DNA of 64,000 bases from Alphaproteobacteria bacterium (GCA_031549385.1 JAVBPW010000001.1:67348-131347); one strand, 5' to 3'. Counted from the first letter of the stretch, positions 10,541-21,663 are shown. Numbers and translations: made by a program. The notes: a model not told the origin generated them from the letters alone.

Positions 10541-12619
10541 TTACGCGTTTTGTTTGTTTTTTATTTCTTCTGCAACTGACGCTGGAACTTCTGCATAATG
10601 TGCAAATTCCATAGTATAAGTTGCACGTCCTTGTGACATAGATCTTAAGTTATTTACATAACCAAACATGTTTGCAAGTGGAACATGCGCATTAATAACA
10701 TTTACATTACCTCTTGCTTCCATACCTGACACTTGTCCACGACGTGAATTTAAGTCACCAATAATATCACCCATGTATTCTTCTGGAGTCTCTACTTCTA
10801 CTTTCATCATTGGTTCCAATAATTTTGGTCCACATAATGCCATACCTTCACGGAAAGCTGCACGAGCTGCAATTTCAAAACACATTACATTAGAGTCAAC
10901 TTCATGATATGCCCCATCAATTAATGTTGCTTTGAAGTCTATACATTGATAACCCCAAATAACACCATTTTGTAATGCTTGTGTTAATCCTTTTTCTACA
11001 CCAGGGATATATTCTTTTGGAACTGATCCACCAACAATCTTACTTTCGAAAACGAATCCTTCACCAGCTTTTAATGGTTCAAATACAATCTTTACACGAG
11101 CGTATTGTCCAGCACCACCTGATTGTTTTTTATGTGTGTAATCTTCTTCATAAGATTTAGAAATTGTTTCACGATACGCCACTTGAGGAGCACCAATATT
11201 TGCTTCTACTTTAAATTCTCTTTTTAAACGATCTACTAAGATATCAAGATGTAATTCACCCATACCTTTTAAAATAGTTTGTCCTGTTTCTGCGTTTGAT
11301 GAAACTCTGAATGTTGGATCTTCCATTGCAAGTCTTTGTAATGCAAGTCCCATTTTTTCAACGTCTGCTTTTGTTTTTGGTTCAATAGCAATTTCAATAA
11401 CTGGTTCTGGGAAGTCCATTGATTCTAATATAATTGGTTTTTCTGCAAGACATAATGTATCACCTGTACCTGTATCTTTTAATCCTACCAATGCAATAAT
11501 ATCACCAGCATATGCTTCTTTTAGTTCTTCACGGCTGTTTGAATGCATTAATAACATTCTGCCAATTCTTTCTTTATTATCTTTTGTTGAATTTAAAACG
11601 TATGAACCAGCTTCTAATTTACCTGAATAAATTCTTGCATATGTAATTGATCCTACAAATGGATCGTTTGCAATTTTAAATGCTAATGCTGCAAATGGTT
11701 CATCATCATTTGTTTTACGTTGTTCTTCTTTTTCTGTTTTTGGATTTATTCCTGTTGCATGATCAATATCAACTGGAGATGGCATGTAATCAACAACTGC
11801 GTCTAATAATTTTTGAACACCTTTGTTTTTAAATGCTGTTCCACATACTACTGGTACAAATTTTTGTGCTAATGTTCCAATTCTGATACATTTTTTTAAT
11901 GTTTCTTCTGATGGTTCTTTTCCATTTAAATAATCTTCCATAGCTACATCATCCATTTCAACAGCCATTTCAATCATTTTTTGACGCCATTCTTCTGCTT
12001 TTGCTTTTAAATCTTCTGGAACATTTGTAACATCAAATTTAGCTCCATTATCTTCACCTGTCCAAACGTATGCTTTGTTTTCAACTAAATCTACAAGACC
12101 TTTATATGTATCTTCAGCTCCTATTGGAATTTGAATAACTAATGGGTTTGCACCTAAACGATCGCGAATCATATCTATACAACGATAGAAGTTAGCACCA
12201 ATACGATCCATTTTATTAATGAAACACATTCTTGGTACGTTATATTTGTTTGCTTGTCTCCAAACAGTTTCTGACTGAGGTTGTACACCTGATACTGATT
12301 CAAATACAGCCACAGCACCGTCAAGTACACGCAATGATCTTTCCACTTCTACTGTAAAGTCCACGTGCCCCGGAGTATCAATTAAATTAATTCTGTGACC
12401 TTTCCAATAACAAGTTGTTGCAGCTGAAGTAATTGTGATACCTCTTTCTTGTTCTTGTTCCATCCAGTCCATAGTTGCAGCACCTTCATGTACTTCACCA
12501 ATCTTGTGTGATTTTCCTGTGTAGTACAAAATTCTTTCTGAAGTTGTTGTTTTACCGGCATCAATGTGAGCCATGATTCCTATGTTTCTATATTTTTCTA
12601 CTGGATGTGATCTAGGCAT
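10541..12619 (-). CDS. fusA: Elongation factor G
   Basis: 692 aa with [10 protein letters not shown] GTPase motifs. Follows rpsG. Confidence 0.95.
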   Translation of the reverse strand: MPRSHPVEKYRNIGIMAHIDAGKTTTSERILYYTGKSHKIGEVHEGAATMDWMEQEQERGITITSAATTCYWKGHRINLIDTPGHVDFTVEVERSLRVLDGAVAVFESVSGVQPQSETVWRQANKYNVPRMCFINKMDRIGANFYRCIDMIRDRLGANPLVIQIPIGAEDTYKGLVDLVENKAYVWTGEDNGAKFDVTNVPEDLKAKAEEWRQKMIEMAVEMDDVAMEDYLNGKEPSEETLKKCIRIGTLAQKFVPVVCGTAFKNKGVQKLLDAVVDYMPSPVDIDHATGINPKTEKEEQRKTNDDEPFAALAFKIANDPFVGSITYARIYSGKLEAGSYVLNSTKDNKERIGRMLLMHSNSREELKEAYAGDIIALVGLKDTGTGDTLCLAEKPIILESMDFPEPVIEIAIEPKTKADVEKMGLALQRLAMEDPTFRVSSNAETGQTILKGMGELHLDILVDRLKREFKVEANIGAPQVAYRETISKSYEEDYTHKKQSGGAGQYARVKIVFEPLKAGEGFVFESKIVGGSVPKEYIPGVEKGLTQALQNGVIWGYQCIDFKATLIDGAYHEVDSNVMCFEIAARAAFREGMALCGPKLLEPMMKVEVETPEEYMGDIIGDLNSRRGQVSGMEARGNVNVINAHVPLANMFGYVNNLRSMSQGRATYTMEFAHYAEVPASVAEEIKNKQNA

Positions 12620-12657
12620 AATTTATTTTCCTCTTATTCCTTATATTTAATTTACGA

Positions 12658-13128
12658 TTACCATTTGAAGTGAGCGAAAGCTTTGTTTGCTTCTGCCATC
12701 TTATGAACGTCCATTCTCTTTTTCAAAGAATTACCATTGTCATTTAAAATATCATTCAATTCTTTATATAATTTTTCTGCAAATGTTCTTTCGTTTCTTT
12801 TTCTTGCATATTGAATTATCCAACGAATAGATAAAGCTTCTTGTCTTTGAGGTCTTACATCTGTTGGAACTTGATATGTAGCACCACCAACACGACGTGA
12901 TCTTACTTCGATTGTTGGTTTTACTTTATCTACACATTCTATAAATAAATCAATTGGATTTTTTTTGTTTTGTTGTCCTAATTTATCTAATGCTTCATAA
13001 ACAATTTTTTCAAAAACTGTTTTCTTTCCGTCTTCCATTCCATAGTTGATAAATTTTGTTAAAACAACTGATCCGAATTTTGGATCTGGTAATATTTCTC
13101 TTTTTTCAGCTTGTTTTCTTCTTGACAT
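12658..13128 (-). CDS. rpsG: 30S ribosomal protein S7
   Basis: MSRRK N-terminus and S7 motifs. Confidence 0.9.
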   Translation of the reverse strand: MSRRKQAEKREILPDPKFGSVVLTKFINYGMEDGKKTVFEKIVYEALDKLGQQNKKNPIDLFIECVDKVKPTIEVRSRRVGGATYQVPTDVRPQRQEALSIRWIIQYARKRNERTFAEKLYKELNDILNDNGNSLKKRMDVHKMAEANKAFAHFKW

Positions 13129-13137
13129 ATCTTATAC

Positions 13138-13509
13138 CTATTTACCTTTCTTTGCACCGTAAAGTGATCTTCTTTGTTTTCTTTCTTTTACGCCATGAGT
13201 ATCAAGTACACCACGTAAGATATGATAACGAACTCCAGGTAAGTCTCGTACTTTTCCGCCTCTGATCATTACAACAGAGTGTTCTTGTAAATTATGACCT
13301 TCACCAGGAATATAACAAGTTACTTCTTCGCCGTTTGTTAAACGTACACGAGCTACTTTTCTTAACGCTGAGTTAGGTTTCTTTGGTGTTGTTGTATATA
13401 CACGTGTGCAAACTCCTCTTTTTTGAGGATTGCCTTTCATAGCTGGAGCCTTAGATTTCTCCACAATCTTCTTTCTAGATTTTCTTACTAATTGGTTAAT
13501 AGTTACCAT
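13138..13509 (-). CDS. rpsL: 30S ribosomal protein S12
   Basis: [10 protein letters not shown]...[11 protein letters not shown] motif. Confidence 0.95.
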   Translation of the reverse strand: MVTINQLVRKSRKKIVEKSKAPAMKGNPQKRGVCTRVYTTTPKKPNSALRKVARVRLTNGEEVTCYIPGEGHNLQEHSVVMIRGGKVRDLPGVRYHILRGVLDTHGVKERKQRRSLYGAKKGK

Positions 13510-13588
13510 TTCTTTCTGTTTCCTTTTTCATATTTTTTAATTTTAGCTAAAAATTAATTGGCCAGCACGTACCAACAATAGTTGACCT

Positions 13589-13618
13589 ATAATAAACCTT
13601 CAAATCCGCTTTTGTCAA
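13589..13618 (-). promoter_or_regulatory. Candidate sigma-70 promoter of the str operon (TTGACA-18-TATTAT on the minus strand)
   Basis: The reverse complement reads gCTTGACAaaagcggatttgaaggttTATTATagg, about 80 nt upstream of the rpsL start. Confidence 0.35.
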
Positions 13619-13687
13619 GCGAAAAAACTCGGTTTGTGTGAATTTTGATTTGATTTTTAAACACGGTATCTTTACAATGGTTTTTAT

Positions 13688-14383
13688 ATGAAATTTGACG
13701 TAATTTTCTTTGATAAAGTTAAATCTACTCAGATAACTGCTAAAAAGCTGTCTGAAACTCGCAGATTTGTCTGTATTATAGCAGATGAACAGACCAATGG
13801 ATATGGACAAAGAGGTAATAAATGGGAAGGAAATACTAAAAATTTAGCATATTCTTTAATTTTACCTATGAGTTTGTTTGAGAATCTGTATCACGTTAAC
13901 ATTTTAACATGTATGGCATGGCTTAAAGTTTTACGAAGATTAAAGGTTAATTTGGAATTTAAATGGAGTAACGACTTATATTTGCGAGGAAAAAAAGTAG
14001 GTGGAATGCTTAATGAAATAGAAGGTGATTCTATTATTAACGGAGTTGGAATAAATGTTTTTGTAGCTCCAGATATTGAAGGAACTTATAAAGCTATTGC
14101 TCTTAGAGATGTTAACAAAAGAATTCCTGATAAGAAAAAATTATTAGAACTTTTTTTACGAAAATTTGAAAAATTAATAGAAGAATACAAAAAAGATGGA
14201 ATCGATAAACTACTTTTAAGATTTAGGGAACATTTACTTTATATTGGTGAAAAAGTTCAAATAGAATTTAATGGTAAAATATATAAAGGAAAGTTTTTAG
14301 GAGTTAATGATGACGGAAGCTGTACTTTAAGGTCTGGAATTATAAAACGTAAATTTTTTAGCGGAACTTTGCGACCATTATAA
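13688..14383 (+). CDS. birA: Biotin--[acetyl-CoA-carboxylase] ligase (class I, no DNA-binding domain)
   Basis: 231 aa with the GRGRxG-like biotin ligase core motif (GYGQRGNKWE...KWSNDLYL...KKVGGML). Confidence 0.7.
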   Translation: MKFDVIFFDKVKSTQITAKKLSETRRFVCIIADEQTNGYGQRGNKWEGNTKNLAYSLILPMSLFENLYHVNILTCMAWLKVLRRLKVNLEFKWSNDLYLRGKKVGGMLNEIEGDSIINGVGINVFVAPDIEGTYKAIALRDVNKRIPDKKKLLELFLRKFEKLIEEYKKDGIDKLLLRFREHLLYIGEKVQIEFNGKIYKGKFLGVNDDGSCTLRSGIIKRKFFSGTLRPL

Positions 14384-14666
14384 TAAAATTGTGAAAACTA
14401 TGAAAAGATGACTTTTCACAGTGTTTCACAATAAATAATAATAAAAAATTATTTTTTAATTTAGGATTACCTTTTACGGTGGCGCCATTTGTCTTCTTCC
14501 CAGAGAATACCCTTGTTATGAATTACTATTTCAGTTTGCTCATTAATCGGAATTAATGTTATAAATAGTAAAGCATCGTCTAAATCTTCCCTTGTCAGAC
14601 TGCATGCAAAATCTTTTGTGATTTTGGTATTTAAATACACTTCTTTCATAAATTTAATTTTTAAGT

Positions 14667-17084
14667 TTAAACTTCTTTTGCAACGATATCTATTTTAAGA
14701 TTTTGGTTTTCAACAGGTTCTGACGCAGATCCAAATATTACTTCATCTGTTCTTGCTCCTGATATTATTACACCATGTAAATCTTTATCTAAATCACCTT
14801 CAATTGTTACTGATGATAATTTTGCTGTTGCACCTAATTTTTTATCTGTTCTTAACTTTCTTACAGTTTTTAATATATCTAATGCAACTTGCATTTTTGA
14901 TATATCCGTTTCTCTTTCTTGTTTGAACTCTGGGTAATTTGTTAAGTGAAGAGTTTGCTGTTTTTCCAAATCTTTATAAATCTTTGAATACAACTCTTCT
15001 GTTATAAATGGAATAAATATTGAGTATAGACCTATTATTTCACGCAACAATTCAAACAATGTTATTTGAGCTGAAAGCTTAGCATTTTCACCATATTTAG
15101 CCTCATTCCAGAATCGGTCTTTGATGTATTCCAAATATTGGTCACAGAATATATCATAGAAGAAATGATCTATATCTTCTCTTGCATTAAATGTGTCATA
15201 TTTATCCATGTTCTTACGAACTGACACAATTGTTTTATTTAATTCTGATAGAACCCAGCGGTCTTCTAAGAATCGGTCTTTGATTTCTATATTTTTATGA
15301 TTTTTTTGATCAAAATCTTCTAAATTCATAAGAACAAATTTTGATGCATTCCAAAGTTTATTTGTTAACTTTGTTCCTCTTTTTACTTCTTCTTCATTGT
15401 ATCTTAAATCTGTTCCAATTGGAGCGCACGATACCCAATAACGAAGAGCATCTACTCCAAATTTTTTTATAACATCAAGAGGATCAACACCGTTCCCTTT
15501 TGATTTAGAAAATTTTTGCCCTTTATTATCACGAACAAGCCCATGTAAATAAAGTGTTTTAAACGGAATTTCATTCATTGCATATAAAGACATCATTATC
15601 ATACGAGCACCCCAAAAAAATATAATATCTGGTCCCATAGACATATAGTCAGTTGGATAGTACTTTTTTAATTCTGGTGTTTGCTCTGGCCAACCAAGAG
15701 TTGAAAAACACCACAAACCTGAAGAAAACCAGGTATCTAATGTATCATTATCCTGTACTATTTTTTTATTTTTAGCAAGCTTAGTAGCCTCTTTTTCATT
15801 TATTGCACAATATTGATTTCCATCCTCATCATACCAAACAGGAATTTGATGCCCCCACCATAATTGACGTGATATAGTCCATGGGCGAATCTCTTTCATC
15901 CACGACATATATAAATTGTAACGATGTTCAGGTATGAATTTTATTTTACCTTGTTCTACTACTTCTATTGCTTTTTTAGCTAATAATTTTGCATTAACAT
16001 ACCATTGGGTTGTTAAATAAGGTTCAATTACACACCCTCCTCTTTCTGAATATGGAATTGGAATTGTTTTATCTTCTACTTTTACTAATTGACCTAATTC
16101 TTCTAAATCAATAATAACTTGTTTACGAGCATCAAACCTGTCCATACCTTGATATTTTTCAGGCACATTTTCATTTAATTTAGCATCTTTTGTTAAGATA
16201 TTTAACAATTCTAATTTATGTTTTTTTCCAACTTCATAATCATCAAAATCATGAGCAGGAGTAATCTTTACAGCACCTGTTCCTTTTTCTGGATCAGCAT
16301 GTTCGTCTGCTATGATTGGGATATAAATTTCTGTTAGCGGTATTTTTGCTGTTTTTCCAATTAAGTGTTTTAGTTTTGCATTTTCTGGATGAATAGCTAT
16401 TGCTTGGTCACCAAATAATGTTTCTGGACGGGTAGTTGCCACTTCAACAAATCCACCATCTTTTATTTCATAGTTAATATAATAAAACTTACCCTTTTCT
16501 TCTTGAGTTATAACTTCAAGATCTGAAACAGCTGTTTTTTGTTTTGGACACCAATTTACAAGACAAGTATCTTTATAAATTAAACCATCATTGTACATAC
16601 GAACAAAAATTTCATTTACTGACTTTGATAACCCTTCATCCATTGTAAATCTTTCTCTAGACCAATTAGGAGTTATTCCGAAAACATGTAATTGATTTAT
16701 TATCTTACCTCCATACTCTTCTTTCCATTTCCAAGCATAGTTTAATAACTCTTCTTTTGATAAGTTTGAAGGATTTATATCATTTTTAGATAAATCTTTT
16801 TCTACTAAAATCTGAGTTAATATAGCTGCATGATCAGTTCCTGGTTGCCATAATACGTCATAATTTGACATTCGCTTATAACGAGCAACTATATCTGTTG
16901 ATATATTATCAAGCGCATGTCCTAGATGTAAAATACCAGATACATTTGGAGGTGGCATCATTATTGAAAAAGAAACTTTAGATGAATTAACATCATTTTC
17001 CCAAAATTTATTACTATCCCAAAAATTTTGCCATTTTGTTTCTAATTCATGTTTTTCTATATTTTTACTAAGTTCAATTTTCAT
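14667..17084 (-). CDS. valS: Valine--tRNA ligase
   Basis: 805 aa with HLGH-type (LHLGHAL) and KMSKS (KFSKSKGN) class I motifs. Confidence 0.9.
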   Translation of the reverse strand: MKIELSKNIEKHELETKWQNFWDSNKFWENDVNSSKVSFSIMMPPPNVSGILHLGHALDNISTDIVARYKRMSNYDVLWQPGTDHAAILTQILVEKDLSKNDINPSNLSKEELLNYAWKWKEEYGGKIINQLHVFGITPNWSRERFTMDEGLSKSVNEIFVRMYNDGLIYKDTCLVNWCPKQKTAVSDLEVITQEEKGKFYYINYEIKDGGFVEVATTRPETLFGDQAIAIHPENAKLKHLIGKTAKIPLTEIYIPIIADEHADPEKGTGAVKITPAHDFDDYEVGKKHKLELLNILTKDAKLNENVPEKYQGMDRFDARKQVIIDLEELGQLVKVEDKTIPIPYSERGGCVIEPYLTTQWYVNAKLLAKKAIEVVEQGKIKFIPEHRYNLYMSWMKEIRPWTISRQLWWGHQIPVWYDEDGNQYCAINEKEATKLAKNKKIVQDNDTLDTWFSSGLWCFSTLGWPEQTPELKKYYPTDYMSMGPDIIFFWGARMIMMSLYAMNEIPFKTLYLHGLVRDNKGQKFSKSKGNGVDPLDVIKKFGVDALRYWVSCAPIGTDLRYNEEEVKRGTKLTNKLWNASKFVLMNLEDFDQKNHKNIEIKDRFLEDRWVLSELNKTIVSVRKNMDKYDTFNAREDIDHFFYDIFCDQYLEYIKDRFWNEAKYGENAKLSAQITLFELLREIIGLYSIFIPFITEELYSKIYKDLEKQQTLHLTNYPEFKQERETDISKMQVALDILKTVRKLRTDKKLGATAKLSSVTIEGDLDKDLHGVIISGARTDEVIFGSASEPVENQNLKIDIVAKEV

Positions 17085-17205
17085 TTTACTACCTTTTTGT
17101 TTAATTCTGTCATCTTAAAATCAAAACCTTAAAATTGCAAGTTTTTTATTGGACTTTTGCCTTATTCCCCTTTATTATAGGATTTATTAAAAAGAGGATG
17201 AAAAT

Positions 17206-18588
17206 ATGGATAAACTTTTAAAATCTGTTGCATATAATGCTTTAAAGAAACATCAAATATACTTAGAAGATGAAACCGTTGCTTCTTTGACTAAAGATAA
17301 TCCTAATAGATGGCAGGACTTTAGTTTAAATAAAGATTATTTGCTTGCTGATTTTTCTCATAACGTTTTTGATGCTAAAGCAACTGACCTTATGGTTAAG
17401 CTTTTCATAGCTCAAGGAATGGATAAAAAGTTAGGTGACTATTTTGAATTAGATAATGATTTCTCATATCACTTTATATATCGTTCTCAACGTGAAGATA
17501 AATATAAATACAATAATAAACTTGTTTATGCTGAGGTAGAAAAATTTCATCAAGCTATTTCAAAAGTAGAAGAAAAAATAGAAAACAAAGAAATTGAAGC
17601 TATATTCTTTACTGATTTTGTTATTATTGCATCTGATTATAATAAAAAGATGATTTCTTGCGTTTGCGAATCACTTAAAAGTTACAAAAAAATTGGAAGA
17701 AATATTCATTTTGCTTCTACTGTAGCTGAACTTGAAAAAATTTTACAAAAAGTATATGTGCAAAATACTTTCTTTGTTTTTGCTGATGTTGATTTTAAAA
17801 ATATCAATTTCTTTGACATGTATGACTTGTTGAAAAAACAACAATTTCATCTTTCTAAACAATCCGCATTTGTATGCCAAAATATAAAATTTGCTCAAAA
17901 CTTTGATGAAAAGAATGAAAATATTGTAAGTTACAGCTCTGCATGTAATGAAGTATTTAATTATTTTCCATTAATGATCTTACCTTTGCAGTTATATATT
18001 GGTAAGGACAATTTAAAAGATTTTTTAAATGGAATGCGAATCGCCGACAATGATGTTAAAACAGATTATTGTAAAAGTGCTTCTGTGAATTTATCATATC
18101 TTTATATTTGGTATTTATTGTTATGCAATGCTGAACTTTTCAATATTATTTGTAACCGAAAAATTAAACTGACCAGATATATAAATACTTTGGCTAGTGA
18201 GTTATTTTATATTAAGAATAATAAAAGTTTGAACATTTTATTTAAACAATACTCTCATGAAGATAAAAGATATTTGATTAATTTGATTGGTAAATATAAT
18301 CCTAATGCATCTGATTTAATTTACTTTAATGATAAAGATGATGAAAAGTTTTTATCTGATTTGTCTTTAATAGAAGGAACTGATTGCCCTGTTAATGTTA
18401 TTGCTTTTAAGAAAAATAATATAGAAAGTTTAGGAACTTTATTTGGAATTTATGAATACCTTGTTTTAATTTTAAAGTTTCTTTTAGATGGAAATTTAAA
18501 ATGTAGCGAATTTAATTTTGAAAATTCTATTAATTTGAAAAATAAAAATGTTTCTAACTTTGCGGAATTTTTAAAGGATAATAAATGA
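17206..18588 (+). CDS. Hypothetical protein (460 aa), overlaps mutL start by 4 nt (ATGA)
   Basis: Long ORF with an SD-like sequence aagaGGAtgaaaat before the ATG. No recognisable motif. Confidence 0.5.
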   Translation: MDKLLKSVAYNALKKHQIYLEDETVASLTKDNPNRWQDFSLNKDYLLADFSHNVFDAKATDLMVKLFIAQGMDKKLGDYFELDNDFSYHFIYRSQREDKYKYNNKLVYAEVEKFHQAISKVEEKIENKEIEAIFFTDFVIIASDYNKKMISCVCESLKSYKKIGRNIHFASTVAELEKILQKVYVQNTFFVFADVDFKNINFFDMYDLLKKQQFHLSKQSAFVCQNIKFAQNFDEKNENIVSYSSACNEVFNYFPLMILPLQLYIGKDNLKDFLNGMRIADNDVKTDYCKSASVNLSYLYIWYLLLCNAELFNIICNRKIKLTRYINTLASELFYIKNNKSLNILFKQYSHEDKRYLINLIGKYNPNASDLIYFNDKDDEKFLSDLSLIEGTDCPVNVIAFKKNNIESLGTLFGIYEYLVLILKFLLDGNLKCSEFNFENSINLKNKNVSNFAEFLKDNK

Positions 18589-20312
18589 TTATAAAAAGGC
18601 TTCCAGAACATATTATTAATCAAATATGTGCCGGAGAAATTGCCGAGAAGCCTTCTTCTATTATAAAAGAGTTAATTGAAAATTCTATTGATGCTGGAGC
18701 TTCTGAAATTAAAATACTTTTGGAAGATGCTGGAAAATCTAAAATAGTTATTTGGGATAATGGATCTGGTATGAGCAAGGAAGATTTGCTTTTATCAGTG
18801 GAGCGTCATACTACTTCAAAACTTAAAACTGATGATTTGTTTAATATTACTTCCCTTGGATTTAGAGGTGAAGCTTTGGCTTCGATTGCATCTGTTGCTA
18901 AATTGAAAATTATTACAAGCAATGGAAATGAAGCTTGGGAGTTAAAATTAGAAGATGGAAAAGCTTTAACTTGTACTCCTGCTTCACGAGTTCAGGGAAC
19001 TACTGTAGAAGTTTCTGATTTGTTTTATAAAATACCTGCTAGAGCTAAGTTTTTAAAATCCGATAAATCTGAGATGAGTGCTATTAATAACCTTATTGAA
19101 AAAATTGCTATTGCGAATCCAAATGTATATTTCAATGTAAATGATAAATTGAAGTTTAATAAAGGCTCTTATGATAATAGAATTTCTGAAATAATGGGAG
19201 ATGAGTTTTTTAAAAATTCATTAAAAATTGATACACAAAGGGAAAATTATAAACTTGATGGATTTATATCACTTCCATCTTATAACAAAGGGAATTCACT
19301 AAATATCTATATTTTTGTAAATGGAAGAATTATTAGAGATAAAAATTTAACCACACTCATTAAAGTTGCATATCAAGATGTTATGGCTTATGACAGATAT
19401 CCTGTTTGTGTTCTTAATTTACATGTAGATCCTCATGAAGTTGATATTAATGTTCATCCTTCTAAATTAGAAGTTCGTTTCTTACAAGAAGGTAAAATAA
19501 GGTCTTTTATTATGTCTGCTTTAAAGCAAGCTATTAATGATTACTGTTTGAGAGATTCATTCCAAAATGTAGAAAAAAACTTTGCTATTAATGAACAAAT
19601 AGACCTTTCTAGCGAATCAGGAAAAGTAACTGAACATAGTATCTTTGATTTTAAATATGATAGAGGCGAATCAACTTCAAAACCACCTTATCCTAGTTAT
19701 TCAAAACCTTTACAGGTTCATCAACATATTCCTCAAATTGAAGATGATTATCCTTTAGGTTTTGCTGTTACACAAATGTTTAAAACATATATTTTATCAA
19801 AAGCTGGAAATGATTTCTTTATTATAGATCAACATGCTGTACACGAAAGAATTGTTCTTGAAAAAATTAATAATAGAGAATTTAAAAGACAAATACTTCT
19901 TATACCTGATCAGTTTAAATTAGGCGATGAATATGTTGAAATTATAAATAATGTAAAAACAGAAATAGAAAGTTTAGGGGTTATTTTTAAAACTGAAAAT
20001 GACGAAGTCATTATTATTGAAATTCCTGATTATTTATATAGACAAAACTTAAAAGAAATCTTTATTAAAATATGTGAAGAAATTGCAGAATTTGATTTTT
20101 CAAAGGCTTTGGAAAAGACTATTCATAAAATTAATTCAACTGTTGCTTGTCATGGATCTATTCGAGCTGGACAAGAATTGTCTGTTGATGAAATGAACGC
20201 AATACTGCGACAACTTGAAATCACCCCTAGGGCTAGTGTGTGTAATCATGGTCGACCTACATTCTTTAAGGTTGACAAAAAATGGTTAGACAAATTGTTT
20301 GAAAGAATATAA
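18585..20312 (+). CDS. mutL: DNA mismatch repair protein MutL (endonuclease-type, DQHAxxE motif present)
   Basis: GHKL ATPase N-terminus (ELIENSIDAGAS). C-terminal region carries DQHAVHERIVLE and CNHGRP. Confidence 0.85.
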   Translation: MIIKRLPEHIINQICAGEIAEKPSSIIKELIENSIDAGASEIKILLEDAGKSKIVIWDNGSGMSKEDLLLSVERHTTSKLKTDDLFNITSLGFRGEALASIASVAKLKIITSNGNEAWELKLEDGKALTCTPASRVQGTTVEVSDLFYKIPARAKFLKSDKSEMSAINNLIEKIAIANPNVYFNVNDKLKFNKGSYDNRISEIMGDEFFKNSLKIDTQRENYKLDGFISLPSYNKGNSLNIYIFVNGRIIRDKNLTTLIKVAYQDVMAYDRYPVCVLNLHVDPHEVDINVHPSKLEVRFLQEGKIRSFIMSALKQAINDYCLRDSFQNVEKNFAINEQIDLSSESGKVTEHSIFDFKYDRGESTSKPPYPSYSKPLQVHQHIPQIEDDYPLGFAVTQMFKTYILSKAGNDFFIIDQHAVHERIVLEKINNREFKRQILLIPDQFKLGDEYVEIINNVKTEIESLGVIFKTENDEVIIIEIPDYLYRQNLKEIFIKICEEIAEFDFSKALEKTIHKINSTVACHGSIRAGQELSVDEMNAILRQLEITPRASVCNHGRPTFFKVDKKWLDKLFERI

Positions 20313-20464
20313 TTTGACAAAAAAAATAATCTTAAATTTTTTAAATTTTTCTTTGTAAATTCTCTTGAATCTTAATTTTTGACTCCTAGATGTTTGATAG
20401 GGAAGAAGGCAAAAACTAACAAGGCTGCCTAAATGGGCGGGCTCCAAAACAAAGGAGACTAATT

Positions 20465-20938
20465 ATGCAGAGAGAACCTATTACAGTTACAGGTAAACAA
20501 ATATTAGAACAAGAATTAAAATATTTAAAAGAAATTCAAAGACCAATCATTATCAATGAACTTGCTAATAACATAGAACTTGGTAATTTGCCTGAAAATG
20601 GTGGTTATGAAGCTGCTAAAGAAGAGCAAGGATTAACTGAAGCTAGAATTGCCGAAATTGAAAGTGCTCTTGCATCATCTTATGTTATAAACCCTTCTGA
20701 ATTTAAAGGCGATGGGAATATAAAATTTGGTGCAAGAGTTATGTTAGAAGATAATGATGGAGTTTTAAAAATTTACACAATTGTTGGTATTCCAGAAATA
20801 GATGTTCGTAAAGGACGCATTCCTTTCAATTCACCCATTGCTCGTGAATTAATTGGAAAAAAAGTTGGTGATCAAGTGATTGTTGTTACTCCAAGTGGCG
20901 AGAAAATTTTCGAAATTAAAAGAGTTGAATACACTTAG
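20465..20938 (+). CDS. GreA/GreB-family transcript cleavage factor paralog with divergent coiled-coil tip (GNLPENGGY)
   Basis: 157 aa aligning end-to-end with GreA. The position equivalent to catalytic Asp41 is Asn. Confidence 0.75.
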   Translation: MQREPITVTGKQILEQELKYLKEIQRPIIINELANNIELGNLPENGGYEAAKEEQGLTEARIAEIESALASSYVINPSEFKGDGNIKFGARVMLEDNDGVLKIYTIVGIPEIDVRKGRIPFNSPIARELIGKKVGDQVIVVTPSGEKIFEIKRVEYT

Positions 20939-21077
20939 AATCAAGCACAAATTTCTTTGTGCTTGATTTTGATAAATATTTCATTATATATGAGTTATGA
21001 AAATAAATTAATTTAACATAATGAAAATTAACCATCCATTATTGGAATGGTGTTTTTTTTTAAATGAGGTAAAAATT

Positions 21078-21551
21078 ATGGAACGTAAACCAATTACTCC
21101 TAGAGGTAAGGATTTATTAGAAGTAGAGTTAAAAGACTTGAAAGAAGTTAAGAGACCTGCTGTTATTAATGAAGTTGCATCTGCACGTGAAAAAGGCGAT
21201 TTGAAAGAAAATGCTGAATATCATGCTGCACGTGAAGCACAAGGATTAACTGAAGCTAGAATTACTGAAATCGAATCAATTCTTGCTACTTCTGATGTTA
21301 TAAATTCAAAAGATTTTAAAGGTGATACTCAAGTTAAATTTGGTGCAAAAGTTTCATTGGAAGATGAAGATGGATTAAAAAAAGAATATACTATTGTTGG
21401 TATTCCTGAAAGTGATGTTTCTAAAGGATTTATTCCTTTTAATTCACCTGTTGCAAGAGCGTTAATTGGAAAGAATATTGGTGAAGAAGTTGAAGTAAGA
21501 ACACCAGGTGGGGAAAAAATTTTTGTAATCAATGGAGTTGAATACGTTTAA
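21078..21551 (+). CDS. greA: Transcription elongation factor GreA (canonical GDLKENAEYHAAREAQG tip)
   Basis: 157 aa from the ATG at 21078, preceded by gaggtaaaa. Canonical acidic tip residues. Confidence 0.8.
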   Translation: MERKPITPRGKDLLEVELKDLKEVKRPAVINEVASAREKGDLKENAEYHAAREAQGLTEARITEIESILATSDVINSKDFKGDTQVKFGAKVSLEDEDGLKKEYTIVGIPESDVSKGFIPFNSPVARALIGKNIGEEVEVRTPGGEKIFVINGVEYV

Positions 21552-21663
21552 CCAAAATTAAAAATAGCTAAAAAATCCAAATAAAGTTTGGATTTTTTTT
21601 ATTTTCTTACTTGTTATATATTGAATTTTATGATATAATTCACGTGTTTATAGGAGAAAACTC

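Noticed and set aside
12382-12564. 60-aa ORF inside fusA (same strand, different frame)
   Set aside because: Embedded in the conserved EF-G coding sequence. Frame artefact.
13547-13810. 87-aa minus-strand ORF across the rpsL promoter / birA start
   Set aside because: Overlaps the birA N-terminus antisense and the intergenic promoter region. No SD.
14467-14649. 60-aa ORF downstream of valS
   Set aside because: No SD and no recognisable motif. Could be real, but evidence is insufficient.
20313-20464. GC-richer stretch (ggctgcctaaatgggcgggctcc) upstream of the first gre gene as a possible riboswitch or leader RNA
   Set aside because: Too short and without a recognisable conserved riboswitch core. 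More likely promoter or 5' UTR. Left unreported as a feature.
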